Assembly: GCA_049969615.1 (NCBI GenBank)
Contig: JBMFOM010000057.1
Span: forward strand, 1 to 12,930
Length of the DNA: 12,930 nt
Reading direction: 5' to 3'
Origin: a candidate division WOR-3 bacterium
GTDB taxonomy: Bacteria; Hydrothermota; Hydrothermia; JBDRYB01
Positions 1 through 7,866 of the stretch are shown one piece after another. The notes below the pieces were generated by a model that had not been told where the DNA came from, did no database searches, and saw only the letters and a list, made by a program, of their open reading frames with translations. The translations under genes and the position numbers were made by a program. Positions within the stretch are counted from its first letter, which is position 1. Each line of letters begins with the position of its first letter.

Positions 1-13
1 TCCTCTCCTTCAT
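1..13 (-). CDS. Possible 5' end of a gene running off the left edge (MKER...), possibly leaderless
   Basis: On the minus strand TATTCT (25-20) lies 6 nt upstream of ATG (13-11), followed by AAG GAG AGG. Only 4 codons are visible. Confidence 0.3.
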
Positions 14-109
14 ACCCAGAGAATAAGGCAAGTGGTCAATCAGGGGCCAGCTAGAGGACAGCCGGGTGAAGGATCACTGATCTCAAGCCCTCCCTGAGGA
101 GAATGGCCC

Positions 110-283
110 ATGATAAGGCATGATACTGGGATAACCCCAGAGCTGGCCCGGCTATTCACTAACGGCGAGGAGGATACCCTCTGTTTGATAGACCCCACAT
201 ACCTGAGGGAGACAGAGGAAAGGCTCCTGGCTTTCTTAGGGGGGCCTGTATGCCTTGGTAAAGGGGCTTCTCCCTCAGGATGA
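110..283 (+). CDS. Small hypothetical ORF, 57 aa (MIRHDTGITPELARLFTNGEEDTLCLIDPTYLRETEERLLAFLGG...)
   Basis: Hand-translated and below the ORF-track size cutoff. GAGGAG at 96-101 precedes ATG110 and the composition is protein-like. No recognisable family. Confidence 0.25.
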   Translation: MIRHDTGITPELARLFTNGEEDTLCLIDPTYLRETEERLLAFLGGPVCLGKGASPSG

Positions 284-417
284 CCCCCTTGGTCAAGGGC
301 TTCCAAAGGGGGTATATGAGCATCGTAAACCTTGCCCTGATGCTCACGCTCAGAGTCCTGACCTGATTACGAGGCCATTGTGCCACAAGGGCCTACGAGG
401 AACTGAATGCCCCATCT

Positions 418-624
418 TCAATCCGTAAAGGGCTGAGATGTGTCGGGTTCAGCGCCCACTTTCTTGCAGAAAGCAACGAACCGGTCAACGCCCCAGTCAT
501 GGTTTATGACTATGGTGGTATCAAACCAGTCAAAGTATGTCCTTCCCAGGCTGTCAACCCCGTGGTCTCCCATGTCCGTGTTTATCTCCGTGCCACTGCC
601 CAAGTGAAAGGATATAGTCCGCAT
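418..624 (-). pseudogene. Fragment resembling a GH51-like (alpha-L-arabinofuranosidase-type) glycoside hydrolase
   Basis: HDWGVDRFVAFCKKVGAEP (501-445) resembles the GH51 FGxDEFxxxCxxVGAEP segment. The ORF is only 68 aa, has no clear SD and stops shortly after the motif. Confidence 0.45.
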
Positions 625-706
625 AGACCCAGATGTTCGCGGGCGCGGCCTGATAGATCAAAAGGATCCCACCAAACCCCAGTCTTTTCTTGCCCCCTTC
701 CTGTCT

Positions 707-2563
707 CTACCTTATCACCGCCTTCCTGTTTATCATCCCTTCGTCCGTCCTGAACCTTAGCACATAGACCCCAGGCCCTTCCATCCGGAGAAGCCTCTCT
801 CCCTCAATCGGGAAAGAGGCCGCGAGTCTGCCCGTGACATCATAGACCTCCGCGGCGCCTTGGCCAGTGAATGTGATGCTCCTCCCCTTAACCAGGATGC
901 TAGGTTTTCCAGCCTTGCCCGTTCCCTCGTCCGCACCAAGGGCTATCTCCGTAGTGTCCATGTAGCTCTCAACATCTCCCTTTATGTAGGCCGTAACCCC
1001 ATACCAGTAGGTCGTGGGCGAGGGAGCGACATCCGTATAGCTCGTGCCGGTTGCGAAGCCTATGGTGTCCCAGTCGGTCGCGCCTGTCCTCCTGTATATG
1101 AAGTAGCCCGCGAGGTCAGGTTCGGGATTTGGATTCCAACTCAGATCGACATTCGCGCCGTTCTGGGCGGCGTTCAGGCCCGTGGGCCTCCTGGGGTGAA
1201 TCCAGCCCGTTGCCCAGAGGTCGTGGAGTCTCATGGGGTATGGCGCGAGATAACGCCTGAACTTTATCCCGGACAGGGTCCACAGGTTCGCGTACATTGG
1301 GTTGGGATCACAGAGCAGCGAGAGCTCCGGATCTCCATCCCGGTTAACATCTGCCACATGCACCGTGCCGAGGAACGCCGGGCCCTGAATGTCAAAAGGC
1401 GAGCCGGACGCGGCAGTCCCGTTCCTGTTGAAGACAAAAAGGCTCGTGGAGTTATTTGGCATCAAGACCTCCAGCTCCTTGTCGTCATCAAAATCAAAGA
1501 GAACTGGGGTTGACTCGGTTATGCTGGTCACCGACACGGGCCAACCAGGCATTTCCGCGCCAGCGTTACTGAACATGTGGAGCCAGTTTGAGCTTACGTT
1601 GTGGTTCATCGCGTCCAGAACCTCCATGTCCCCTGTCCCATCCTCAAGCACATCCGAGGCCACCGGCGTCGTGTAGGCCTGAGGCCCTCCGAGTGCCCTT
1701 CCCCATGCCTTGGTTCCGGTGTGGTGGAAGACCACAAGTGAGTCAGCCCCTCCCGTGTAGAAGGTCACGCCTATCTCAAGGTCTCCGTTGCCGTCCAGGT
1801 CAAAGAGGGTTGGCTGGGCGTAGCTCTGACCTCCCCAAGCGTTCAGGAGAGCGAGCTCCTGGTTCCCATTGGAATCCCAGATGTAAAGGGAATAATAGGA
1901 GGTCGCGACTATCTCATAAACCCCATCTTGATCAACATCCCCCACTGAGGTGGTCGCGGTGCACATGTAATCAAGGGTCTTTGGCCAGCCGGTGTAGACT
2001 GCGCCAGTGTGGTGCCACACATCAACCCGGCCGGACGAAAAGGCTCTCTGGCCCAGGATTATCTCCAGGTCGCCGTTGTTATCCAGGTCCCACAGGACCG
2101 GGGAGAACGGGTTGTCCCCAACGGACTTTGGCCAGCCAGATAGGTTGTTCCCCAGGTGGTCAACCGCATAGATATATCCGACAGAATTCGTTGTCGCAGT
2201 AAAAACTATCTCCATGTCACCGTCGCCATCCAGGTCTCCGACCGCTGGCCTCTGCATGACCCTATAGCTTCCTGTTGAGTAATACCAGAGCTGTGTTCCC
2301 TGGTAGTCGTAGGCATACAGGCCTGAACCCGTGCCGACCAGGACCTCCTTCATGCCGTCCCCGTTTATGTCCACGAGAAGGTTGCCGCACATAGCGTAGC
2401 CTGTCGTTGGGAAGGTCTTTGGCCAGCCTGGCATGGAGGGCAGAGGGGCCCTGTCCCCGTTGGTCTCTGGGAACTCAGCCGTCATGATCGTGGCCCCCGG
2501 AGCGTCAGAGGCCGCGTCTGTCGTTGATTGTGCAACTATCAGTAGTAAAAGATTCGCAAACAT
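707..2563 (-). CDS. Secreted FG-GAP/VCBS-repeat beta-propeller protein with an FN3 domain and a T9SS type A-like C-terminal sorting domain
   Basis: 618 aa with SD GGAGG before the ATG and a hydrophobic N-terminus. About seven DxDxDGxxE repeats (DINGDGMKE, DLDGDGDME, DLDNNGDLE, DVDQDGVYE, DLDGNGDLE, DFDDDKELE, DVNRDGDPE) alternate with GWP motifs. FN3-like segment PTGL..VDLSW..YFIYR..YWYGVTAY; C-terminus VYDVTGRL...GVYVLR...RKAVIR. Confidence 0.9.
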   Translation of the reverse strand: MFANLLLLIVAQSTTDAASDAPGATIMTAEFPETNGDRAPLPSMPGWPKTFPTTGYAMCGNLLVDINGDGMKEVLVGTGSGLYAYDYQGTQLWYYSTGSYRVMQRPAVGDLDGDGDMEIVFTATTNSVGYIYAVDHLGNNLSGWPKSVGDNPFSPVLWDLDNNGDLEIILGQRAFSSGRVDVWHHTGAVYTGWPKTLDYMCTATTSVGDVDQDGVYEIVATSYYSLYIWDSNGNQELALLNAWGGQSYAQPTLFDLDGNGDLEIGVTFYTGGADSLVVFHHTGTKAWGRALGGPQAYTTPVASDVLEDGTGDMEVLDAMNHNVSSNWLHMFSNAGAEMPGWPVSVTSITESTPVLFDFDDDKELEVLMPNNSTSLFVFNRNGTAASGSPFDIQGPAFLGTVHVADVNRDGDPELSLLCDPNPMYANLWTLSGIKFRRYLAPYPMRLHDLWATGWIHPRRPTGLNAAQNGANVDLSWNPNPEPDLAGYFIYRRTGATDWDTIGFATGTSYTDVAPSPTTYWYGVTAYIKGDVESYMDTTEIALGADEGTGKAGKPSILVKGRSITFTGQGAAEVYDVTGRLAASFPIEGERLLRMEGPGVYVLRFRTDEGMINRKAVIR

Positions 2564-2584
2564 ATTTACCTCCCTTCAGGGACA

Positions 2585-2614
2585 ATTATTGATCATAAAT
2601 GGAACCCCCTGCAA
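2585..2614 (-). promoter_or_regulatory. Putative sigma70 promoter for the FG-GAP gene
   Basis: TTGCAG (2614-2609), 18-nt spacer, AATAAT (2590-2585) in the AT-rich intergenic gap upstream of the SD. Confidence 0.4.
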
Positions 2615-2619
2615 CCCGA

Positions 2620-3036
2620 TCAGATCCTCAGAATTTCCCATCCCCTCTTTTCTAGCTCCCTGGCGATATATTTCCTGTGGCAACGCTCCTCGGAGGCCTC
2701 CGCGCACATGAAAGCAACCCGGCGTTCCGAGGCGAGTTTTTCAAGCCTTCTGATGCCCTCCTTGAATTCCCCTGTTTCTGCGTGCGCCTTGTATCCACCC
2801 CGCCGAAATCCGCCCAAGCTCTCACCGAGCCAGATGTATCCGATTCCGTTCTCACTTAGAGAGGCCTCAAGGCTCTCCCGGCAGAACCACGGGTATTTTT
2901 TGGAACCCGGAAACCGCCGGACATCCGCAACCAGCTCCACCTGATTTTTCTTCAGGAGCCTGATCAAGTCCGCGATACTACGGGTGGAATGACCAACAGA
3001 AAAGATCCTTCCCCTCGCGGACCAAAGGGGGTTCAA
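2620..3036 (-). CDS. DUF488 family protein
   Basis: Family-typical motifs IFSVGHSTRS, VADVRRFP, GIGYIWLGESLGG and FMCAE...CHR. TTG start preceded by GGAGG, 9 nt after the upstream stop. Confidence 0.9.
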   Translation of the reverse strand: MNPLWSARGRIFSVGHSTRSIADLIRLLKKNQVELVADVRRFPGSKKYPWFCRESLEASLSENGIGYIWLGESLGGFRRGGYKAHAETGEFKEGIRRLEKLASERRVAFMCAEASEERCHRKYIARELEKRGWEILRI

Positions 3037-3045
3037 GGGCCTCCG

Positions 3046-3852
3046 TTAATCCCCCGTGTAGTCCAGGAGATACATGTCCAGCGGGTCATAGTTACCAGCG
3101 CTATCCGTTGCATAAGCGTATTGCTTGACCGCGCCGGGGCCAGACATCCACCATGTTTTTCCTATGGTCAGATCTATGGGTATGCCCTCAAATTCAAGTT
3201 TTCCCGTATATACGACCCTTATGCATTCCGTGTAGTTCAGCTCTCCATAGCCATAGACGGTGTCATTGAAGGATAGGTTCTCCACCGAGTCAAAGACCGC
3301 CACCACCGTTGCAGTAAGCTCATATTCGTGCCCATCAGAGAGCCTCTTTATCTTACCTTCCTCAGTTGCCACCTCCCAGTTGTCACCGAGATCAAGATAC
3401 CTCGGCAGCCAGGCTATCTCCATGTAGGGATGCTCAAAGGTGCAGACGAATATGTCCCCGTTGTAGTTTATGGTCTCGGGGAAAAAGCCGTTTGTCCTTG
3501 AGTAGTGATAAAAAGTATCTCCCCTGAAGAAGGCTGTTGTCGTTTCGTGTTGGGCAGAGTCGCCAGCGTGGGTTGAAAAGAGAAGCCATGCCGGAATTCC
3601 CTTATAATCAGTTATTCCCACATTTATAACGGTATCAATGTAATTGGCCGCCGAATCCTCCAGCTCCCTGTAATACCAAGTGTCACCAACATGGGGAGAG
3701 AAGTCATAGCTGAAAGCCTTCTCTCCGCCGCAATCACAGGATGAAACCAGAGAAAGGGCCGTGGCGGTCCCGATTGCCATGAGTCTTGCCCAACCAATAA
3801 CCGGCAACGGTTTCAAGGCCCCGATGTTATCCTGATTGATGGCCTGTCTCAT
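3046..3852 (-). CDS. Putative lipoprotein, beta-rich (DUF3108-like), paralog of 3849-4586
   Basis: 268 aa. ATGA overlap with the upstream stop codon; hydrophobic stretch ending LVSSC (lipobox-like); GDTWYY near the N-terminus and TWWMSGPGAVK near the C-terminus. Confidence 0.8.
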   Translation of the reverse strand: MRQAINQDNIGALKPLPVIGWARLMAIGTATALSLVSSCDCGGEKAFSYDFSPHVGDTWYYRELEDSAANYIDTVINVGITDYKGIPAWLLFSTHAGDSAQHETTTAFFRGDTFYHYSRTNGFFPETINYNGDIFVCTFEHPYMEIAWLPRYLDLGDNWEVATEEGKIKRLSDGHEYELTATVVAVFDSVENLSFNDTVYGYGELNYTECIRVVYTGKLEFEGIPIDLTIGKTWWMSGPGAVKQYAYATDSAGNYDPLDMYLLDYTGD

Positions 3853-4586
3853 TGGGTGCCTCCCATGTCAGAGAGATTCTTGACCAGCCAGGGCGCAAAG
3901 AGGGGATTAGCCTCATCCCTGTAGTCCTTGTCAATCCAGCGGACAGGGCCTGCCTCCGGCGCCCACCATATCCTCTGGGGCAATTCCACGGTCATTGGTG
4001 GGGACGCGGTGAAGTCTATCCGGAACTTGTGCTTATAAGAGACCCGGAAGGCGTTAAAATTTCCGTATGGTGTAACTATATCCTCTTGTGCCTCAACCGT
4101 TGCTTCAAGCCGGTAATAGACCGAATCCTCCAAGAAGTCCCCGTCCAGATCAACCGCCATCACGAACTTCTCCGGCGAGCCCCAGACCATACCCACGACC
4201 AGAGGGCACAGCGCATAAGGAACCGTGTCCGACACCGTTATGGTATCTGTGGAATCCATTGGGTTGGTGAATGTCTTTATCACTGAAAGCATGAGGGTGT
4301 CACCGATTATGAGGGCCTGCATGGTGTCCGCGAATGTGTCGGATTCGTAGGTTATGACCCAGGTATAGACCCCATCGGTCTCGTTTGTTATGGTCAGGGT
4401 CTCGTGGTAGGTCTCGGTGACCGAGTCCAGGGTCCAGGTTGAATCGTCCAGGCCAAAACCCTTCACGGTCTCGTATTTCCACCAGTTGCCCTCGGCCAGG
4501 TTGAAGTATTGGATGGGGTCCGTGGGTTCATCCTTCGGAGAACACGCCGCTCCGGCCACGGCCAATAAAAACCAAAACCTTCTCAT
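3849..4586 (-). CDS. Putative lipoprotein, beta-rich (DUF3108-like)
   Basis: 245 aa. Signal peptide II MRRFWFLLAVAGAAC; motifs GNWWKY, EDIVTPYGNFNAFRV and IWWAPEAGPVR, as seen in DUF3108-like periplasmic proteins. Confidence 0.85.
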   Translation of the reverse strand: MRRFWFLLAVAGAACSPKDEPTDPIQYFNLAEGNWWKYETVKGFGLDDSTWTLDSVTETYHETLTITNETDGVYTWVITYESDTFADTMQALIIGDTLMLSVIKTFTNPMDSTDTITVSDTVPYALCPLVVGMVWGSPEKFVMAVDLDGDFLEDSVYYRLEATVEAQEDIVTPYGNFNAFRVSYKHKFRIDFTASPPMTVELPQRIWWAPEAGPVRWIDKDYRDEANPLFAPWLVKNLSDMGGTQ

Positions 4587-4595
4587 AGCTCCTTA

Positions 4596-4624
4596 ATTAT
4601 AGCCTACATGGCGCCGCGGATCAA
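4596..4624 (-). promoter_or_regulatory. Sigma70-type promoter of the lipoprotein operon
   Basis: TTGATC (4624-4619), 17-nt spacer, TATAAT (4601-4596), ending 9 nt upstream of ATG4586. Confidence 0.7.
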
Positions 4625-4673
4625 CTGCCGCGGGATTCGCCCGAACAAACTGCCCCGGCCTACATGCCTGGAT

Positions 4674-4686
4674 TATAATTCCGGCC
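4674..4686 (+). promoter_or_regulatory. -10 element for a probably leaderless UbiA-TPR transcript
   Basis: Perfect TATAAT at 4674-4679, 7 nt before ATG4687. No SD and no good -35. Confidence 0.55.
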
Positions 4687-6921
4687 ATGGCAAGCGTGAA
4701 GAATTTTATCGGGAACCTTGAAACCCGGAAATTCGGAGTATTCGCCGGATTCCTGTGCTTTACTGGCATAGCTGTTCTGCGCGCAGTGTTGGAAGGTGCG
4801 CTTGAAAACGCCAGACTACTCACTGTCCAAACCTCGGAGTGGCAATCCCTCCTCTTTATTTTCGTGCACCTCTACATGTTCTTCGCCGCATCCTTACTGG
4901 GCATAACCGTTCTCCTCTCGCTGATAAGCGGGGAGAGGGTGGAAAGGGTGGCCAGAGCCGTTCTCTCCTTCTTTTGGATCATTCTACTGCCCCCTTTAGT
5001 TGACGCGCTTTTCTTCGGTGGTGGCATGAAGCTAACATACCTGCCGGAGATAAACGAGGTTTGGACAACGGCCATAGCCTATTTCAACCCTTTTTCTGTT
5101 ATACGCATAACCCCAGGCATGAGGGTTGAGACTTATCTGGTCCTCCTTGGTTCTCTGGCCTACATAACCATAAAGAGGCGCAACATCCTTCTTGGTTTTC
5201 TGGGGGCGGTTGCAATATACGCATACATACTTTTCGTTCTGGGCAGTTTTCCCGCTTTTATAGCCTGGGCATACCACACGGATTTCCAAGCAATATTCAA
5301 GACCGGAGGTTTCCTCCTCTTGGATACGCAGAAATACGGCCTGGTCAACCTGTTCCTGGCGACCATAATGGCCGGGTTCGCTGTTGGCCTTTGGAAACCA
5401 AAGATTCTCAGGGCCATATTCACCGAAACAAGGCCAAAAAAGATCCCGTTTTACCTGGTCATGGCCATGGTTGGTTTTGGCATCGGGAACACCATGCTCT
5501 CGTTCGCCTACCCCTCCTTGTGGGCCAACCCCTTTGATTGGTTTGCTCTCTTTGCCATGCTGATCGCAGTCCTCTTCGCATACCTGTCTTCTACCATACT
5601 TAACGACCTGGTTGACCTTCCTCTTGATATTGCCAACAAGAAAAGGACCTCCATAACCTCCGGGTTCCTGACCGAGGGCGAGGCAAAGGTTCTGGCCGCT
5701 GGATTTGCCGTGGTCGGTGGTTTCTGGGCGATCATACTGGGCTGGCCATCGTTCCTGATCTATGTGGTGATGGTATTCCTCGGATTCACCTATTCGTCGC
5801 CACCTCTGAGGCTCAAGGCCCTGCCCCTGGTTTCAACCTTCACCCTGGCTCTGTACGCGCTGTTCTCGTCTTATCTTGGCTTTAGCCTTTTCGCAAAAGA
5901 GAAAACCATCACGGTGTTCCCCGGAGAGCTGGTGGCGGCCTTCATACTTGGCGTGACCTGCTCTTTTACCCTAAAGGACAAAACAGACATTGATGGGGAC
6001 AGGCAGGGCGGGATAAAGAGCCTCTTCGTCATCTTTGGGAGAAAGACCGGCTCCTGGATAACCTCCATACTGGCTGGACTCTCCTTTGTCCTCATGCCCA
6101 TTTTGCTCGGCCTACCCCTTGTGGGCCTTTTGGTCGGCATCCCGGCCGGAGCGCTTCTGTTCTGGCTCGGAATGGCAAAACGCTACCGCGAGGGATTGAT
6201 GTGGATACTCACCCTCGCCTATGCCCTTGGCGTTGCCTGGTTCTATTATCCGAAACTGAGGGCCAAGTCGCCATCACCTGACATCCTTTCCTTTGGTGAG
6301 CTCATGCAGGGTGAACAGTATTACAGGCAGAACAAATATGACCTTGCCCTCAGCCATTACCTTCGCGCGATTGATTACATAGATGACCCGACGGACTATA
6401 CCCGCGCCGCAAAGGCCGCTGGCGAGACCAAGAACTTTGACCTGGCGAAATCCCTTCACTCCAGGTGTAAGGAGAGGTTTCCCACATACCCTCAGGGATA
6501 TGTTCTATATATGCGGCTTCTTTATAGCCTCGGGAAACCGGATGAAATGATCGGGCTGGCCAGAAGGGCGCTTGAGCTGGGGTGCTACACTCCCGATCTC
6601 CTCAAGTTTATGGGACTGGCGAGGCTTTGGAATGGCAAGGATGCTGACGCGCTGGAGCTTTTTCTGGCCTCGGCCCAGATGGGTTCGCACGAAGGGCTTT
6701 TTCTCGCGCACTTGACCGCCCGAAACATGGGCCAGCCCTCCCTTCATTACAGGGACAAGGCCCAGAGGCTAAGAGCTGAGCCGGACGAAGCCTATCCCTA
6801 TTTCAGCTACTATCTCTTCAAGAAAGGGGAGATTGAGAAGGCAAGGGCAGTGAATCAGGAATTGCTCTTCCTTAATCCGACGAGCGAGCTCGGCCTCGCG
6901 TTCCAGAAGATACTGAGATGA
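4687..6921 (+). CDS. UbiA-family prenyltransferase with an extra N-terminal multi-TM domain and a C-terminal TPR domain
   Basis: 744 aa. Asp-rich motifs NDLVDLPLDIAN (from 5602) and KDKTDIDGD (from 5974), plus YSSPPLRLK. About 230-aa hydrophobic N-terminal extension; helical TPR-like tail (GEQYYRQNKYDLALSHYLRAI; YYLFKKGEIEKARAVNQELLFLNP). Confidence 0.9.
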   Translation: MASVKNFIGNLETRKFGVFAGFLCFTGIAVLRAVLEGALENARLLTVQTSEWQSLLFIFVHLYMFFAASLLGITVLLSLISGERVERVARAVLSFFWIILLPPLVDALFFGGGMKLTYLPEINEVWTTAIAYFNPFSVIRITPGMRVETYLVLLGSLAYITIKRRNILLGFLGAVAIYAYILFVLGSFPAFIAWAYHTDFQAIFKTGGFLLLDTQKYGLVNLFLATIMAGFAVGLWKPKILRAIFTETRPKKIPFYLVMAMVGFGIGNTMLSFAYPSLWANPFDWFALFAMLIAVLFAYLSSTILNDLVDLPLDIANKKRTSITSGFLTEGEAKVLAAGFAVVGGFWAIILGWPSFLIYVVMVFLGFTYSSPPLRLKALPLVSTFTLALYALFSSYLGFSLFAKEKTITVFPGELVAAFILGVTCSFTLKDKTDIDGDRQGGIKSLFVIFGRKTGSWITSILAGLSFVLMPILLGLPLVGLLVGIPAGALLFWLGMAKRYREGLMWILTLAYALGVAWFYYPKLRAKSPSPDILSFGELMQGEQYYRQNKYDLALSHYLRAIDYIDDPTDYTRAAKAAGETKNFDLAKSLHSRCKERFPTYPQGYVLYMRLLYSLGKPDEMIGLARRALELGCYTPDLLKFMGLARLWNGKDADALELFLASAQMGSHEGLFLAHLTARNMGQPSLHYRDKAQRLRAEPDEAYPYFSYYLFKKGEIEKARAVNQELLFLNPTSELGLAFQKILR

Positions 6922-6989
6922 GTCCCCGGTTTACGGTTTCAACAGAAAGTCTGCGCGGGTGCCAGTTTTGGGTATCCTGAAACACTGCC

Positions 6990-7865
6990 GTGGCCATTAG
7001 ATTTGAATTCAACGTTTCGGAGGATTACGGGAGGCTATTTCTCTCTGACTCCGGGGCAACCGCGTTTCACCATCCTGATTTCATCAGGGCATACCCCGCG
7101 ATGTTCGGCGGAAAGCTTGAAATATGGTGGTTGGGCGATGATTGTGCTTGCCCATTTGTAATAAGGAGAAAGGGGCCATATGCGAGCGCCAGCTCCGGCG
7201 GATATGGTTGTTATGGCGGCCCGATTGGCAACTGCGAGAGATTTCCCGAATTCATGCGTCTGGCCAGAGAGACAGGCTTCTCAAGGCTTGAGTTCGTTGA
7301 TTTCAAAAACAGGTTGACAGCGACAGGCTACAGGCTGACAGGGCGAATGGCCCATATCCTTGAGCTTCCGGATTCGCCGGAGGCTCTTTTTGCGAGATAT
7401 TCCAGCTTGAGACGCCGCGAGCTCAGGAAGGAGTTTCGGGTATCTCCTGGCGCTGATCCTCGTGAATTCTATCTCATTCACAGAGAAACCTTTGGTTCCC
7501 TTAAGACATGGGTTACCCCTGCGGATGGCATAGCCGCGCTCTCGGGTTCTGAGATAACCAGGTTCTATACCGCGACCGCGGGCGACCGGCTGGCTGGGGT
7601 CCTCCTGGTTCTCTCTTGGCAGGATGAGGCTATGTGGTGGATAAGCGGCCGCAAACCATGGGCGGAGGGTGTAATGACTCACCTCTTGCACAGGGCGATG
7701 TCCGACGCGATAAACGAAGGAAGGGGAGTTTTCAACTTCGGTGGAACAGATGCCGATGGCCCTGCGCGCTTCAAAGAGTCCTTTGGTGCGAAACCATATT
7801 CATATCGCTCGCTCTTTTACGAGCGAGGATTTTTTGGCCTCATGAGAAAAATAAGGAAGGGATGA
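6990..7865 (+). CDS. GNAT-fold acyl/aminoacyl-transferase (Acetyltransf_6 / FemAB / CelD-BcsL-like)
   Basis: 291 aa. Motifs ATAFHHPDF, YGCYGGP, HILELP...RRRELRK and LLHRAMSDAINEG..FNFGG...RFKESFGA. The GTG start is uncertain (no SD). Confidence 0.85.
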   Translation: MAIRFEFNVSEDYGRLFLSDSGATAFHHPDFIRAYPAMFGGKLEIWWLGDDCACPFVIRRKGPYASASSGGYGCYGGPIGNCERFPEFMRLARETGFSRLEFVDFKNRLTATGYRLTGRMAHILELPDSPEALFARYSSLRRRELRKEFRVSPGADPREFYLIHRETFGSLKTWVTPADGIAALSGSEITRFYTATAGDRLAGVLLVLSWQDEAMWWISGRKPWAEGVMTHLLHRAMSDAINEGRGVFNFGGTDADGPARFKESFGAKPYSYRSLFYERGFFGLMRKIRKG

Positions 7866-7866
7866 G

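Noticed and set aside
40..386. Minus-strand ORFs 40-306 and 159-386
   Set aside because: Non-ATG starts, Ser/Pro-rich low-information translations and no SD or family motifs.
860..2202. Long plus-strand ORFs 860-1513 (217 aa) and 1588-2202 (204 aa)
   Set aside because: Antisense shadows of the well-supported FG-GAP gene; Arg/Pro/Gly-rich with no family motifs.
1976..2428. DNA repeats (GGTCTTTGGCCAGCC and TTGGCCAGCC) considered as CRISPR or DGR template/variable repeats
   Set aside because: They simply encode the recurring GWPK protein motif; there is no regular spacing, no adenine-specific variation and no RT or cas gene.
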